A stretch of 64,000 nucleotides of DNA from positions 32,001 through 96,000 of the forward strand of contig JBBSQY010000001.1 in assembly GCA_038243585.1 (NCBI GenBank). The letters run 5' to 3'. The notes beneath the pieces were generated by a model. The model ran no database searches, was not told the origin of the DNA, and saw nothing but the letters and a program-made list of their open reading frames with translations. How positions within the stretch are numbered: position 1 is the first letter of the stretch; every line of letters starts with the position of its first letter. The position numbers were made by a program, and so were the translations under genes. This DNA comes from Candidatus Sumerlaeales bacterium (lineage in GTDB: Bacteria; Sumerlaeota; Sumerlaeia; Sumerlaeales; Sumerlaeaceae). Below are positions 39,870 through 50,148 of this stretch, piece after piece.

Positions 39870-42203
39870 ATGCTGTTACGCGTTTTCGTTTCGTTTGCTA
39901 TTTTTTGTCTCACTTTTACAGGCGGTGCTCAGGATCCCAGAAAAGTGGCGGAAATTTACGAAACAGAGGTATATGGCGTTTCTGGAAACTCCCCTGCAGC
40001 TGGAGAATTTCTGCTGTCTGCGCGGCTTGTAGTTCGCCCGGCGGAGCTGAATGGGGGCACAACAAGCATCACGCTGGAGTTTGACTCGCCCACAACCGCC
40101 GCGCTCATCCGCCTGACCAAGTTTTCGCTCCCGCAGGAATACGAAAGCGTGCTGGAGAATCAGGATGAGGTGTGGCTGGAGACCAGCCGGCGCGGCGGGC
40201 CCCTGGGCAGTGGCCGCTATGACATTACGGCCCTCGCAAAAGGACGCGGCGCATCGGCGGCAGCGTATGATGTTCTGGTGACAAACGCACTGGGACAGCC
40301 GGCGGGGGGTGTGCGGCTGGACGTGCGGGCGGGTATGGGCGATGCCGGTATTTCGCTGGGATCGCAGACGGTGCCTGCGAATGGCCGGGTTCGTCTGCAC
40401 ATCCCGCAGCCGGCAGACAAAGAGAGCGATCACAATCCCGGTTCGTTTGTCTATAGACCGTTTTCAGTTTTACAGATTACCGCCACCGACCCGACAGGGC
40501 AACGGCAGCGCTTGCAATTTCCGGGAGTGCCGCGACCGAACATTCCACCTGATTTCGAAAACATTCACCTGGCGTTGATGCCGAGGGAAACCACAGCCAC
40601 GGCTTTCCGGGGTCGTGTGCTGGGCCCCGACGACCTACCAGCTCCCGAGACTCAAATCACCTACCACTGGCTGGCGTTTCCAGGTATGGGAGGAGCGCAG
40701 TTCCAAGGGTACGGGGTTAGTATTTATCCAGCGCCAGACGGCATCTTCTGCACCGGGGTGCCGCAAGATTTCCTGCAGCAAAACCTGGGTGTACTGGATT
40801 TGCCGGCGTCTTCAACGCTTAACGTAAACGTAAGCGGCGGCTCCGGTATGACATTACGCACTGATAGAGAGAACCTTGTTCGATTGCCGCATGTGGAGCA
40901 GGTGCGTTTGCAACTTCTTGATAGCAGCGGTGGGCCGTTGACCGGGCTCAAGGCTAATAATATTCGTGTGGAAGCACTTACAAGCTCTGAGTCGGGGCAG
41001 GAAGCGGGTACTTCCATTCACCTGGCGGCGAAGCTGACCGATTCTTCGAATGCCCTGTTGACGTTGGACAATGTGCCTGTGCCCCGTCGCTATGCATTTG
41101 AAATTAATGACATAAAGTTCGAGCCGGTGCTGGTAAAGAAGGGCACAGGAGACGGAGTCGTTCAGTTGCGTCCAATGATCGACCGCGCCGAGGTAACGGG
41201 AAGGGTGGTTGCCGCAGAAAACGGCCAGCCTTTGGGTGGGGTATACGTGCTGAGCGCATGGGAATCTAATTCGCTTCACAGTATGGCGAAGCTATCGCCA
41301 GATCTTCTAAAATCCACTTGGGCGGCTTGGGACCCTTCCACACTCACGCTTGACAGTCCCGATCTAGATGTCAATCTGGGTAAAAACGGCACCTTGTTCA
41401 ATGTGGATGCGATGATGATAACCGATGACGAGGGGCGGTTTACGGTGGTATACGAGAACGGCCTCACGCCAAAAACAGTTCACGTGTTTGTGCCGGGCCG
41501 CATTGGCGCAACGGCGCGCGTACTTGACATGGATATGCCATCGGGCACGTCGGCTGTTTACACGGTGCCGGATGTGGCCCTACCGCTTTCGGCTTCGGTA
41601 ACCGTGCCCATTATTCCGCCTGACAAAGTTCCTGATAAGTTTTTGGATGGGGATGGGGTGGTGGGCAGCTCGCTGCGCAACGTGTTTATGGCGCATGTAG
41701 GTTTTGACCGCGAGGGACCCTGGCGGGCGGCTTTGCCACGGGAGAATTCTGGAAAGCAGAACCCGTGGGCACTCTTGACAACCAGCGGCTGGGCCGCGCC
41801 GGGAAACAGGCTGGAGCTCGCCATTCCAGCAGGGGTTAAGTTTCAGGTGACGGTGTCCGCCAGTTATCATCCAACCATCGGAACGGCCAGATGGAACGAT
41901 GTGGGGCCGCTCGCGCCCGGTGAAAACCTGGTGCTGCCAGATCAACCGGTTCCTGCAAAAATTCCTTTCCTGGTTTCAGTGAAAAAGAAAGAGGGAACAC
42001 CGGCCGTAGGAGTCTCCGTAAGAATCGATGGACAGCAGCCCCTTACCACAGATGCTGACGGCAACGTGATCGGTTGGACATCTGGCCACGTCGAGCGAAT
42101 TGAGGTAATGCTTGATAGCGGGTGGGAGGTGGCTGCGGAAAAGCGGGATATTACGGTAAACCCTAACGAAAGCCTGACCCGCGTGGAGATGGTAATCCCA
42201 TAG
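39870..42203 (+). CDS. Large secreted protein with carboxypeptidase-regulatory-like/Ig beta-sandwich repeats
   Basis: AGGAGG RBS; signal peptide; GRVV...GQPLGGV and TDDEGRF / TDADG motifs. Confidence 0.7.
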   Translation: MLLRVFVSFAIFCLTFTGGAQDPRKVAEIYETEVYGVSGNSPAAGEFLLSARLVVRPAELNGGTTSITLEFDSPTTAALIRLTKFSLPQEYESVLENQDEVWLETSRRGGPLGSGRYDITALAKGRGASAAAYDVLVTNALGQPAGGVRLDVRAGMGDAGISLGSQTVPANGRVRLHIPQPADKESDHNPGSFVYRPFSVLQITATDPTGQRQRLQFPGVPRPNIPPDFENIHLALMPRETTATAFRGRVLGPDDLPAPETQITYHWLAFPGMGGAQFQGYGVSIYPAPDGIFCTGVPQDFLQQNLGVLDLPASSTLNVNVSGGSGMTLRTDRENLVRLPHVEQVRLQLLDSSGGPLTGLKANNIRVEALTSSESGQEAGTSIHLAAKLTDSSNALLTLDNVPVPRRYAFEINDIKFEPVLVKKGTGDGVVQLRPMIDRAEVTGRVVAAENGQPLGGVYVLSAWESNSLHSMAKLSPDLLKSTWAAWDPSTLTLDSPDLDVNLGKNGTLFNVDAMMITDDEGRFTVVYENGLTPKTVHVFVPGRIGATARVLDMDMPSGTSAVYTVPDVALPLSASVTVPIIPPDKVPDKFLDGDGVVGSSLRNVFMAHVGFDREGPWRAALPRENSGKQNPWALLTTSGWAAPGNRLELAIPAGVKFQVTVSASYHPTIGTARWNDVGPLAPGENLVLPDQPVPAKIPFLVSVKKKEGTPAVGVSVRIDGQQPLTTDADGNVIGWTSGHVERIEVMLDSGWEVAAEKRDITVNPNESLTRVEMVIP

Positions 42204-42312
42204 AACCAGTCTGCTGTAAGTCTTTTTGTCTCTTCAGGTATTTCAGTTTTGTATGGAGAGTGGCTGCACCCCTTCCCGAGCGGGTGCAACCAACAGACGG
42301 GGCCGCGCGCTT

Positions 42313-43206
42313 TTAGTCCAGCATTCGCTGGGTTATTGGGGCGTAGGCGTCTATTCGGCGGTCTCGGAGGAATGGCCAGTTGCGGCGCACTTCTTCCTGC
42401 CATTTGCGATCGCATTCCGCGTAAAGGGTTTCTTCTGTGTCGGTCCCGGCTTCGGCCAATATCACGCCGAAGGGGTCGCAGATGAAACTCCGGCCCCAGA
42501 ACTCTATCCCGCCGTCCGCAGGGCCTTCGTGGCCGGTACGGTTCACCGCAGCCACATAAACCCCGTTGGCGATGGCGTGGGCCCGCTGGATCGTGCGCCA
42601 GGCATCATGCTGGCGGACGCCGTATTCTTCTTTCTCGGCCGGATGCCAGCCGATGGCCGTCGGATAAAACAGGATGTCGGCGCCTTTCATGGCTGTTAGG
42701 CGTGCCGCCTCGGGATACCACTGATCCCAGCAGACAAGCGTTCCGACTTTCGCCTGCGGCGTTTGAAATGCCTGGAAGTCCAGGTCTCCTGGCGTGAAGT
42801 AATACTTTTCGAAAAACAGCGGATCATCGGGTATGTGCATCTTACGATACTTGCCGATGATTTCGCCGGTAGGGCCGATGACGACCAGCGTATTATGATA
42901 AAGGCCGGCGGCGCGGCGTTCGAACAATGATGCCAGAACGGTCACCTTTTTGTCTTTGGCGACAGCGCCGAGCACGGCTGTGCTATCGCCGGGGATGCTT
43001 TCGGCCAGGTCGAAGGTGTTGCAATCCTGGGTCTGGCAAAAATACTGTGACCGGAACAACTCTGGCAGACAGATGATCTGGGCACCGTTGTCGGCGGCGT
43101 CAATCACACGATCACATGCCTTATCCAGGTTGGCGGCGGTGTCGGTGGAACACTGCATTTGCACGCAACCAATCGTATATTTATCAAGCATCATGGCTCC
43201 TATCAC
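42313..43206 (-). CDS. Carbon-nitrogen hydrolase (N-carbamoylputrescine amidase-like)
   Basis: LPELF, YRKMHIPDDP, VCWDQWYPE triad; RRNWPFLRDRR. Confidence 0.9.
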   Translation of the reverse strand: MIGAMMLDKYTIGCVQMQCSTDTAANLDKACDRVIDAADNGAQIICLPELFRSQYFCQTQDCNTFDLAESIPGDSTAVLGAVAKDKKVTVLASLFERRAAGLYHNTLVVIGPTGEIIGKYRKMHIPDDPLFFEKYYFTPGDLDFQAFQTPQAKVGTLVCWDQWYPEAARLTAMKGADILFYPTAIGWHPAEKEEYGVRQHDAWRTIQRAHAIANGVYVAAVNRTGHEGPADGGIEFWGRSFICDPFGVILAEAGTDTEETLYAECDRKWQEEVRRNWPFLRDRRIDAYAPITQRMLD

Positions 43207-43262
43207 AAGCGGATTTAAATGGGTCTAATGTTTTTCTAAGGTATGCCGGGTACCGTGTAAGT

Positions 43263-43350
43263 CAGGACCTTAGCCCTTGCCTTAATGATAAATAAAATAA
43301 ACCCAGGCCAAAGGCCTGGGTTTATAAGAGTAACCTGCTGCTTCGCAGTA
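43263..43350. repeat. REP-like element / bidirectional terminator hairpin
   Basis: ATAAACCCAGGCC-AAA-GGCCTGGGTTTAT with flanking small hairpins, similar to 48701-48778. Confidence 0.6.
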
Positions 43351-43395
43351 CCTCTGACACCTTCAGTTGTTACTCAGTTATAAGTGGTCAGTAGA

Positions 43396-44607
43396 TTACT
43401 GTACAAATTCCAGTTTGACGCCGGCTTTAACCCGCGATGCCAGCAGTTTTGCGTCCCAATTGGCAAGGCGAATACAGCCGTGGCTGTTATTTTTACTGAT
43501 GTTTTCAGGGTTCGGAGTTCCATGGATGCCCACGCTTTTGCGGGTGGTGCCGATCCACATATTTCCGACTGGGCTGTTGGGTCCCGGCGGAATAAGATAT
43601 TCCCGGCCAAGCTCGTCATCCCACATATTTTCGGGTTTGTACATGAACGGAGGATTTTTTATGGCGGTGGTGATAGCATACGTTTTACCGACAGGGAGAG
43701 GGTCTTTTTCACTTCCCAAAGTGCATGGAAAGTAGAACATCAGGTTGCCGGCGCTATCGTAGGCCATGATCCACTTGTTGTATTTGGAAATGCGGACAAC
43801 GTCTACGTCTCCGCGTTTAGTGTCAATGCCGTCTAATACGTTAAGAACCAGTAGTTTCTGCCCGGCTGTTACCCGCTCTAAATCCACATTTGGATTCAGT
43901 TTTTTCAGCAGGCCCTGGGACAGATGAAACTTTTCAGCCATCGCTTCCGCGCGACTCTCATAGGGTAGCCATTTCAGTTTAGACTGTTCCGGGTATGTCC
44001 TCGGAATGGAGCCCACCTTGTCGCTGACATCTTCACTTTTGAGGGTGTATTCCAACAGGTAGCCATCCTGAAACGCGTCCAGCCGGGAAATCATTTTGCT
44101 ATCCAGCTGCCCGGTAGGGGGCATATCGTTCATTTTCTGATAAACGAACAGACCGCGCTCAGTATTATAGCCCCATTTTCCGTCGATCTCGCCGGGGGAA
44201 AATCCGTTATAGTCCAGGAACACCTGCAAACGCAGCACGTCGACATCGTCGCCGGACTCGCTGGGAAAGTTGATGTCAAATCCTGTCGCGCCCAGGCTGC
44301 CTGCGGAAACTGCGCGGGCTGGCTGTTGCATTGCGCCCGGTGCCTGTTGAATCGGCGGTGCCTGTTGTGCCGGCTGCTGATACATCGGCTGTTGGCCGTA
44401 TGGCCTTGAAGGCGCGGGCTGCTGCTGAGCCGGCTGCTGCTGGGCTCCATAATAATACGATGCTCCGCCGTAGGCGGGCTGCTGCGGATAGGCAGGCGCA
44501 GCCTGCTGGGCGGCAGGGTAACCATAAGACTGGGCCATCGCGCCATAAGGCAGCGCCAGTCCGCAAACTATTGCAACGGCAATGGAAACTTTATCTGAAC
44601 TATACAT
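43396..44607 (-). CDS. L,D-transpeptidase with PG-binding domain and Q/P-rich N-terminus
   Basis: GIHGT...SHGCIRL catalytic motif; LQVFL...GEIDGKWG PG-binding motif. Confidence 0.9.
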   Translation of the reverse strand: MYSSDKVSIAVAIVCGLALPYGAMAQSYGYPAAQQAAPAYPQQPAYGGASYYYGAQQQPAQQQPAPSRPYGQQPMYQQPAQQAPPIQQAPGAMQQPARAVSAGSLGATGFDINFPSESGDDVDVLRLQVFLDYNGFSPGEIDGKWGYNTERGLFVYQKMNDMPPTGQLDSKMISRLDAFQDGYLLEYTLKSEDVSDKVGSIPRTYPEQSKLKWLPYESRAEAMAEKFHLSQGLLKKLNPNVDLERVTAGQKLLVLNVLDGIDTKRGDVDVVRISKYNKWIMAYDSAGNLMFYFPCTLGSEKDPLPVGKTYAITTAIKNPPFMYKPENMWDDELGREYLIPPGPNSPVGNMWIGTTRKSVGIHGTPNPENISKNNSHGCIRLANWDAKLLASRVKAGVKLEFVQ

Positions 44608-44820
44608 CTTGCTCCTGCACTTGAAACATGGTTTATATCCGAAAATCGAACACCCCGGATTAATACGGCGAACATCCGCAAATAGAATGCCACGGACAAT
44701 TACATCGAAGTGCGGAGGAATTCAGCGAAAGACGTGAAATACGGCCTCTGAGATGCGCAACCGGTCAATACGTGACACTTGTCAGGCGGATGCCATGACG
44801 CCGCGGGTTTCGGCTTCGGG

Positions 44821-45681
44821 TCAATCCTCTACCAGAGACCGCAGCACCCGCATATTTTCGACGTCCTCGCTCATCGCCGTATCCTTCTCCGTCTCCAGCA
44901 CCATGGGCACGCTTCGCAGCGATTCGTCGTTCATCAGAAAACGAAATGCTTCAAGGCCGATCTCTCCCTGCCCGATGTGATGGTGGCGGTCCTTTCGGCT
45001 TCCGCACGGCTGTTTGCTGTCATTTATGTGGATCGCCTTGAGATGCTGTTTCCCAATGGACGCGTCGAAATCTGCCCACATCGCGTCATAGCCTTCCCGG
45101 CTGCGGATGTCGTAGCCGGCGGCGAATACATGGCAGGTATCCAGACAGACCCCGACTCGTTCAGGCTGGCGCACCCGCTCAATGATGTGGCCGATTTCGC
45201 CAAACTGCCAACCGAGACAGGACCCCTGTCCGGCTGTCGTTTCCAGCAGGATCTGCGCGGCAAACCCGTCGGTCTTTTCAAACACCTCATCCAAACCTGC
45301 CACGATGGCCGCGAGCCCCGCTTCTTCTCCCCCGCCGCAGTGCGCCCCTGGATGGAGCACGAGCCCCGGAATCCCCAGCGCCTCGCAGCGGCTCAGTTCA
45401 TCGACCAGGTCGTCTATTGATTTGCGCACGAATTCCGGGTTATTGGAAGCCAGGTTGGCCAGGTAGATGGCATGGGCGATTACCGACTTTATGTTGCCCC
45501 GTTTCATTCCCTCGCGAAACGCCGCAATATCCTCATCCTTATGGGGAGGTGAGCTCCAGCGGGTGTTGCTTTTTACGAAAACCTGGATGGCCGTGCATCC
45601 AATGGATTCTCCCCGTTCAATGGCTTTGGCCATTCCTCCGGCCACGCTCATGTGGCTCCCCAACAGCAGATCAGTAGTCAT
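44821..45681 (-). CDS. nfo: Endonuclease IV
   Basis: GSHMSVAGG, HPG, ETTAGQG, DTCH, HINDSK, DRH motifs. Confidence 0.95.
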   Translation of the reverse strand: MTTDLLLGSHMSVAGGMAKAIERGESIGCTAIQVFVKSNTRWSSPPHKDEDIAAFREGMKRGNIKSVIAHAIYLANLASNNPEFVRKSIDDLVDELSRCEALGIPGLVLHPGAHCGGGEEAGLAAIVAGLDEVFEKTDGFAAQILLETTAGQGSCLGWQFGEIGHIIERVRQPERVGVCLDTCHVFAAGYDIRSREGYDAMWADFDASIGKQHLKAIHINDSKQPCGSRKDRHHHIGQGEIGLEAFRFLMNDESLRSVPMVLETEKDTAMSEDVENMRVLRSLVED

Positions 45682-45792
45682 GGCAGGGTTCTAAACACTT
45701 CTCCTGCAAAAAGTTCCAGGAAATCGGCGGTGAATAGGAAACGGTCGCAGGAAACACTGCTTTCAAGATTCTTAAGTATAAGGAAGTTCACG

Positions 45793-46470
45793 ATGCTACG
45801 TCCCGATGAAGCTCTCGAGCGCCTCATGAACGGTAATAAACGGTATGCAAGCAGCACACAGACCCGGCCTAATCAGGATGCTCTGCGCCGTGCGGAAGTT
45901 GCCAATGGCCAAGATCCCTTCGCCATAGTCGTGGGCTGTTCAGACTCCCGTGTCCCTGTAGAGGTTATTTTTGACGTTGGAGTGGGCGATCTTTTCGTCA
46001 TCCGCACCGCCGGAAACCTGATGGAAGATGTCTGCATTGCGAGTGTTGAGTTTGGTGTCGCTGTGTTGGGCATTCGCTTGGTGATGGTTATGGGACATCT
46101 CCGTTGCGGTGCCGTAGGGTCTGCCGTTGAGGCAACCCTCAATAAGGAAAATCGAATTCCCGCCTCGTCGTGGGATGATGAATCGGCAATGGATGAGCCT
46201 CGAAGCTTTGTGGACGGTCTGGTGGACAAAATTCGTCCCGCTGTGGACAATGTAAGGCATCTGCCCGGCGATCTCCTGGATAACGCTATCCGGGCCAATG
46301 CCGAAATGATGGTTTGCCGCATGAGAGACCGCAGCTCGATCATTAATGGAGCGGAAAAATCTGGGAAGCTCCAACTCCTTTCTTCCGTGTATGACCTCGA
46401 TGCCGGGCTTGTGGTTTTAAATCCTGTAAATCTAGATCGCGCCCCCAGAAAAACCGATAAAAATTTATGA
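45793..46470 (+). CDS. Beta-class carbonic anhydrase
   Basis: CSDSRV, RTAGN, GHLRCGA zinc ligands. Confidence 0.93.
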   Translation: MLRPDEALERLMNGNKRYASSTQTRPNQDALRRAEVANGQDPFAIVVGCSDSRVPVEVIFDVGVGDLFVIRTAGNLMEDVCIASVEFGVAVLGIRLVMVMGHLRCGAVGSAVEATLNKENRIPASSWDDESAMDEPRSFVDGLVDKIRPAVDNVRHLPGDLLDNAIRANAEMMVCRMRDRSSIINGAEKSGKLQLLSSVYDLDAGLVVLNPVNLDRAPRKTDKNL

Positions 46471-46491
46471 GCACACAAGGACCGGTTTCCC

Positions 46492-47145
46492 ATGGATGAT
46501 AACAAGCTGCTTTTTGAAGATCAGGATCGCAAACCGGCAGTATTTATGGATCGCGACGGCACCATGACCGTGGAAGGCGGATATATTAATCATCCGTCAC
46601 GGCTGGAGCTGATCGCAGGCACTGCCGACGCCGTGCGCCTTTGTAACGAAAATGACCTGCTGGCCGTGGTAACCACGAACCAGGCGGGGGTGGCCCGAGG
46701 GTATTTTACGGAGGACCTGATCCATGTCGTCCATGGTCGCCTGAGGGAAATGCTGGCAGAAAAAAATGCCGTTCTGGATGCCATTTACTATTGCCCTCAC
46801 CATCCCCACGAGGGCAAGCCACCCTATCGGGCCGAGTGTGACTGCCGCAAACCCGGGCCAGGCATGATTGAACGGGCCTGCCGTGAACTGCCTGTGGATA
46901 AATCACGCAGCTATATGGTTGGCGATAAAATCAGCGACAGTGAATTTGGGCACCGGCTGGGTCTGCGTACGGTGATGGTGCTCACGGGGTATGGACGGGG
47001 CGAACACGAGTATCAGCGCCAGGACTGGAAGGACACTCCGGACTTCATTGCGGAGGACCTGAAGTGTGCGGTCGAATGGATCATTGATGATCTGAAAAAC
47101 AGAGATGCCGAAGCAACACCGCCAAATCAGCAGGCCCAGGTTTGA
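46492..47145 (+). CDS. gmhB: D-glycero-D-manno-heptose 1,7-bisphosphate phosphatase
   Basis: DRDGT, TNQAG, CPHHP...CDCRKP, GDK motifs. Confidence 0.88.
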   Translation: MDDNKLLFEDQDRKPAVFMDRDGTMTVEGGYINHPSRLELIAGTADAVRLCNENDLLAVVTTNQAGVARGYFTEDLIHVVHGRLREMLAEKNAVLDAIYYCPHHPHEGKPPYRAECDCRKPGPGMIERACRELPVDKSRSYMVGDKISDSEFGHRLGLRTVMVLTGYGRGEHEYQRQDWKDTPDFIAEDLKCAVEWIIDDLKNRDAEATPPNQQAQV

Positions 47146-47627
47146 TCGCCAAGTTAAAAACTGTGGAGCAAGCCACGGGCTTTCGCGAGCAACTGCGTGG
47201 CGAACACAAACGGGTCATCTTTGCCAACGGCTGCTTTGATGTTTTGCACGGGGGTCATGTCAGCTACCTGGCCGATTCTCGCGCCCAGGGCGATGTGCTG
47301 ATTGTCGGGGTGAACAGCGACGCCAGTGAGCGGGGCCTGAAGGGTCCGACGCGGCCCATCTACACCCAGGACGAACGTCTGGTTCTTCTTGATGCGATCC
47401 GCTACATCGACTGTCTGGTCCTGTTTGACGAGCCGACCTGTGAGAATCTGCTTCGCGCACTCAGGCCGGATGTTCATGCAAAAGGCACTGACTACACAGC
47501 CGATACCATACCGGAAAAAGAGGTGGCGCGGGAACTTGGAATTGAAGTTTATATCGCCGGTCCGCCTAAAGAAAACGCGTCTCGCGGAGTGATCGCGACC
47601 GTGGTGGAACGCTTTGGCCGTGGCTGA
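47142..47627 (+). CDS. Heptose 1-phosphate adenylyltransferase (RfaE domain II/HldC-like)
   Basis: NGCFDVLHGGH, VGVNSD, KGTDY motifs. Confidence 0.88.
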   Translation: MIAKLKTVEQATGFREQLRGEHKRVIFANGCFDVLHGGHVSYLADSRAQGDVLIVGVNSDASERGLKGPTRPIYTQDERLVLLDAIRYIDCLVLFDEPTCENLLRALRPDVHAKGTDYTADTIPEKEVARELGIEVYIAGPPKENASRGVIATVVERFGRG

Positions 47628-48687
47628 TCCCCAGCGCGCCACATCCCGCAAGCCGCGCATTCTGATCGTTAAACTCAGTGCCGTTGGCGATGTTGTCCAC
47701 ACACTGCCGGCTCTCCACGCCCTGCGCCGCCACCTGCCAAACGCGCACATCGGATGGGTTGCTCATCCGGGCCCCGCCAATCTGCTGGAGGGGCATCCGG
47801 AAATAGATGAACTCATTCTGCTTCCCCGCCGCCCGGCCCAGTATGGCGGACTTTCTGGATTCAGGAGCCTTGTCAAAAAACTAAAATCTGACGGGGCCGG
47901 GTGGGACTGGGCTATCGACTTTCAGGGCCTCACCAAAAGCGGCCTGGTGGCGTTGATCAGCGGAGCCACGGAACGCGTGGGGTTTGGAAACAAGGCCAGT
48001 CGCGAATTAAATTCGCTGCTTATCAATCACCGCGTTTTCACGAAGAGTTCCCAGGTCATTCAAATGAACATGGAACTGCTTAAGCCGCTGGGTGTGCCGT
48101 CGAACACTCCCGCAGACGCCATTTTCCCCTGTACGGATGAGGACAACGACTACATCCGGCGGTGGCTAGCCTCGGCCGGTTTGGTGGGTGAGCGCTTTCT
48201 GATTCTTGATCCGTTTGCGGGATGGGAAACGAAACTGTGGCCGGTAAGCCACTGGACGGAAACCGCCCGGCTTGCACGGGAAAAGCTGGGTCTGCGATCC
48301 ATCATCTTTCATGGCCCGGAAGAGCGCACCCGCGCGGCTCAGCTTCTGGCCACAATACCCGGCTCAGTGCTGCCGCCGGAAACCAGTCTTCGTCAGTATG
48401 TCGCGTTGCTCTGCCAATCTGCCACCGCTATGGTGGCTGCGGATACCGGCCCCATGCACATTGCCGCTGCCCTGGGCATTCCGGTGGTCGCGTTGTATGG
48501 GCCGTCAGACCGCCACCGCAACTCCCCGGTCTTTGCCCGCGCCCGGTTCGTGACCCTGCAGGACGATGCCCAGCCCTGCGCGGGAACGTTTGCCCGCCGA
48601 TGTGCTCACCACGAAAGCGGTCAGTGCATGGCCACCCTGACGCCGGAAATGGTAGCAGAGGCACTTTCGGATGTTTTGAAAAAGTGA
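47614..48687 (+). CDS. GT9 lipopolysaccharide heptosyltransferase
   Basis: IVKLSAVGDVV, DFQGLTKS, DTGPMHIAAA motifs. Confidence 0.9.
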   Translation: MAVADPQRATSRKPRILIVKLSAVGDVVHTLPALHALRRHLPNAHIGWVAHPGPANLLEGHPEIDELILLPRRPAQYGGLSGFRSLVKKLKSDGAGWDWAIDFQGLTKSGLVALISGATERVGFGNKASRELNSLLINHRVFTKSSQVIQMNMELLKPLGVPSNTPADAIFPCTDEDNDYIRRWLASAGLVGERFLILDPFAGWETKLWPVSHWTETARLAREKLGLRSIIFHGPEERTRAAQLLATIPGSVLPPETSLRQYVALLCQSATAMVAADTGPMHIAAALGIPVVALYGPSDRHRNSPVFARARFVTLQDDAQPCAGTFARRCAHHESGQCMATLTPEMVAEALSDVLKK

Positions 48688-48700
48688 CGGGTTATAAATC

Positions 48701-48778
48701 GGGCCTTCAGCCCTTCAACGGCAGGAAAATCCAACCCAGGCCGTTGGCTTGGGCTGGTATAGACCGCACCTTCGGTGC
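48701..48778. repeat. REP-like tripartite palindrome element
   Basis: GGGC-CTTCA-GCCC; ACCCAGGCC-GTT-GGCTTGGG; GCACC-TTC-GGTGC. Confidence 0.65.
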
Positions 48779-48907
48779 TAGTTAAGCTTGCACCTTTGGT
48801 GATTCTTTTATCTCGCATCTTCGATGCTTGGTATCGCTCGCATCCGTGGCGCTGTGATATCCGGCATGGCCCTGTAATATCACGCCACTTTCGGCGCTTA
48901 TTGGGAC

Positions 48908-49966
48908 TTAATCCGCCCAGACGTCTTCTGCGTTTGTTGCTTCCTCGGTTGCCTGTGTTTCTCTTAGAAGCTGCATGTGGCTTTTTATGCCCTCAATCAA
49001 TTCTTCAAGACCCTGACCGGATTCGGCGGAAATCACAAGGGTTTCTACCCCGCGATTTAGAAACTCCGCCTTGATTTCTGCCATGGCTTCCGGCGACATC
49101 AGATCCGCCTTAGTCAGACAAACAATCTGATGTTTGGCCGCGAGCTTGTCTGAGTAGGCGGCCAGTTCCTGATTGATCAGTTCGTAGCTATACCAGAAGT
49201 GTTCGAAGTCCGCGAAATCCACATCTTCGCCCGGTGCCACCAGATGCACAAGAAACCCGGTCCGTTCTACGTGACGAAGAAACCGGTGGCCGAGCCCGGC
49301 ACCTTGATGTGCGCCTTCGATCAGACCAGGAATATCCGCAATCACGCAGCGCGTGTTCATGTCCAGATCCAACACGCCGAGGTTAGGGTGGATGGTGGTA
49401 AACGGGTACGATGCAACCTTAGGGGTCGCTTTTGTCAGGTGACTGAGGAGCGTGCTTTTTCCCGCGTTTGGCAACCCGGCCAAGCCCACATCGGCAATCA
49501 TCTTCAGTTCAAGGATCAACACGCGATGCTCACCGTCTCCACCATACTCCCAGCGGCGAGGTGCCTTGTTGTTTGGCGTGGCGAAATGTTGATTTCCGCG
49601 TCCGCCGCGTCCGGCTTTCGCCGCCATCCATTTCTGGTCCGGCTCCACGAGATCAACGAGGACTTCGCCATCTTCCGTGGATATGGTGGTGCCTTGCGGC
49701 ACACGGATGATAATATCCTCCGCGTCGCGGCCAGTACACTGGTTTCCGCTGCCATGGTCTCCGCGCTTTGCAATGTACTGCGGGCGCGTTTTCACATCCA
49801 GAAGCGTATTAATCTGGGATGCAACTTCCAGATAGATATGGCCGCCCCGCCCACCGTCTCCGCCGTCCGGGCCACCCAGTGGCACGTATTTTTCCCGACG
49901 AAAACTTATGCAGCCATCGCCGCCGTCGCCAGCCTGGACATTAATTTTTACATAATCAACAAACAT
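48908..49966 (-). CDS. obgE: GTPase ObgE/CgtA
   Basis: Gly-rich Obg fold, GLPNAGKST, YPFTT, DIPG, TKAD. Confidence 0.97.
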   Translation of the reverse strand: MFVDYVKINVQAGDGGDGCISFRREKYVPLGGPDGGDGGRGGHIYLEVASQINTLLDVKTRPQYIAKRGDHGSGNQCTGRDAEDIIIRVPQGTTISTEDGEVLVDLVEPDQKWMAAKAGRGGRGNQHFATPNNKAPRRWEYGGDGEHRVLILELKMIADVGLAGLPNAGKSTLLSHLTKATPKVASYPFTTIHPNLGVLDLDMNTRCVIADIPGLIEGAHQGAGLGHRFLRHVERTGFLVHLVAPGEDVDFADFEHFWYSYELINQELAAYSDKLAAKHQIVCLTKADLMSPEAMAEIKAEFLNRGVETLVISAESGQGLEELIEGIKSHMQLLRETQATEEATNAEDVWAD

Positions 49967-49976
49967 ATACTTTTAG

Positions 49977-50133
49977 GTGAGAAAGTGAGAAGGTGCGTAA
50001 GTGAAAAAGTGGGAACGCTGCTTTGCAACATTGGCGCGGAGCGACTGTTCACATCATCGCATGGCGCTTAAATCCGTACTTTGTCACAGTATCACATTCT
50101 CACAATGTCGTTCTCACATTCTCACTTTCTTAC
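49977..50133. repeat. Inverted arrays of degenerate 8-mers (GTGAGAAA / TTCTCACA)
   Basis: Five units at 49977-50016 and about six inverted units at 50081-50133. Confidence 0.75.
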
Positions 50134-50148
50134 GTTTCTAGCTATCTT

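Noticed and set aside
48908..48935. ObgE ending EDVWAD
   Set aside because: Cytoplasmic protein, and the spacing does not fit the W-tail consensus.
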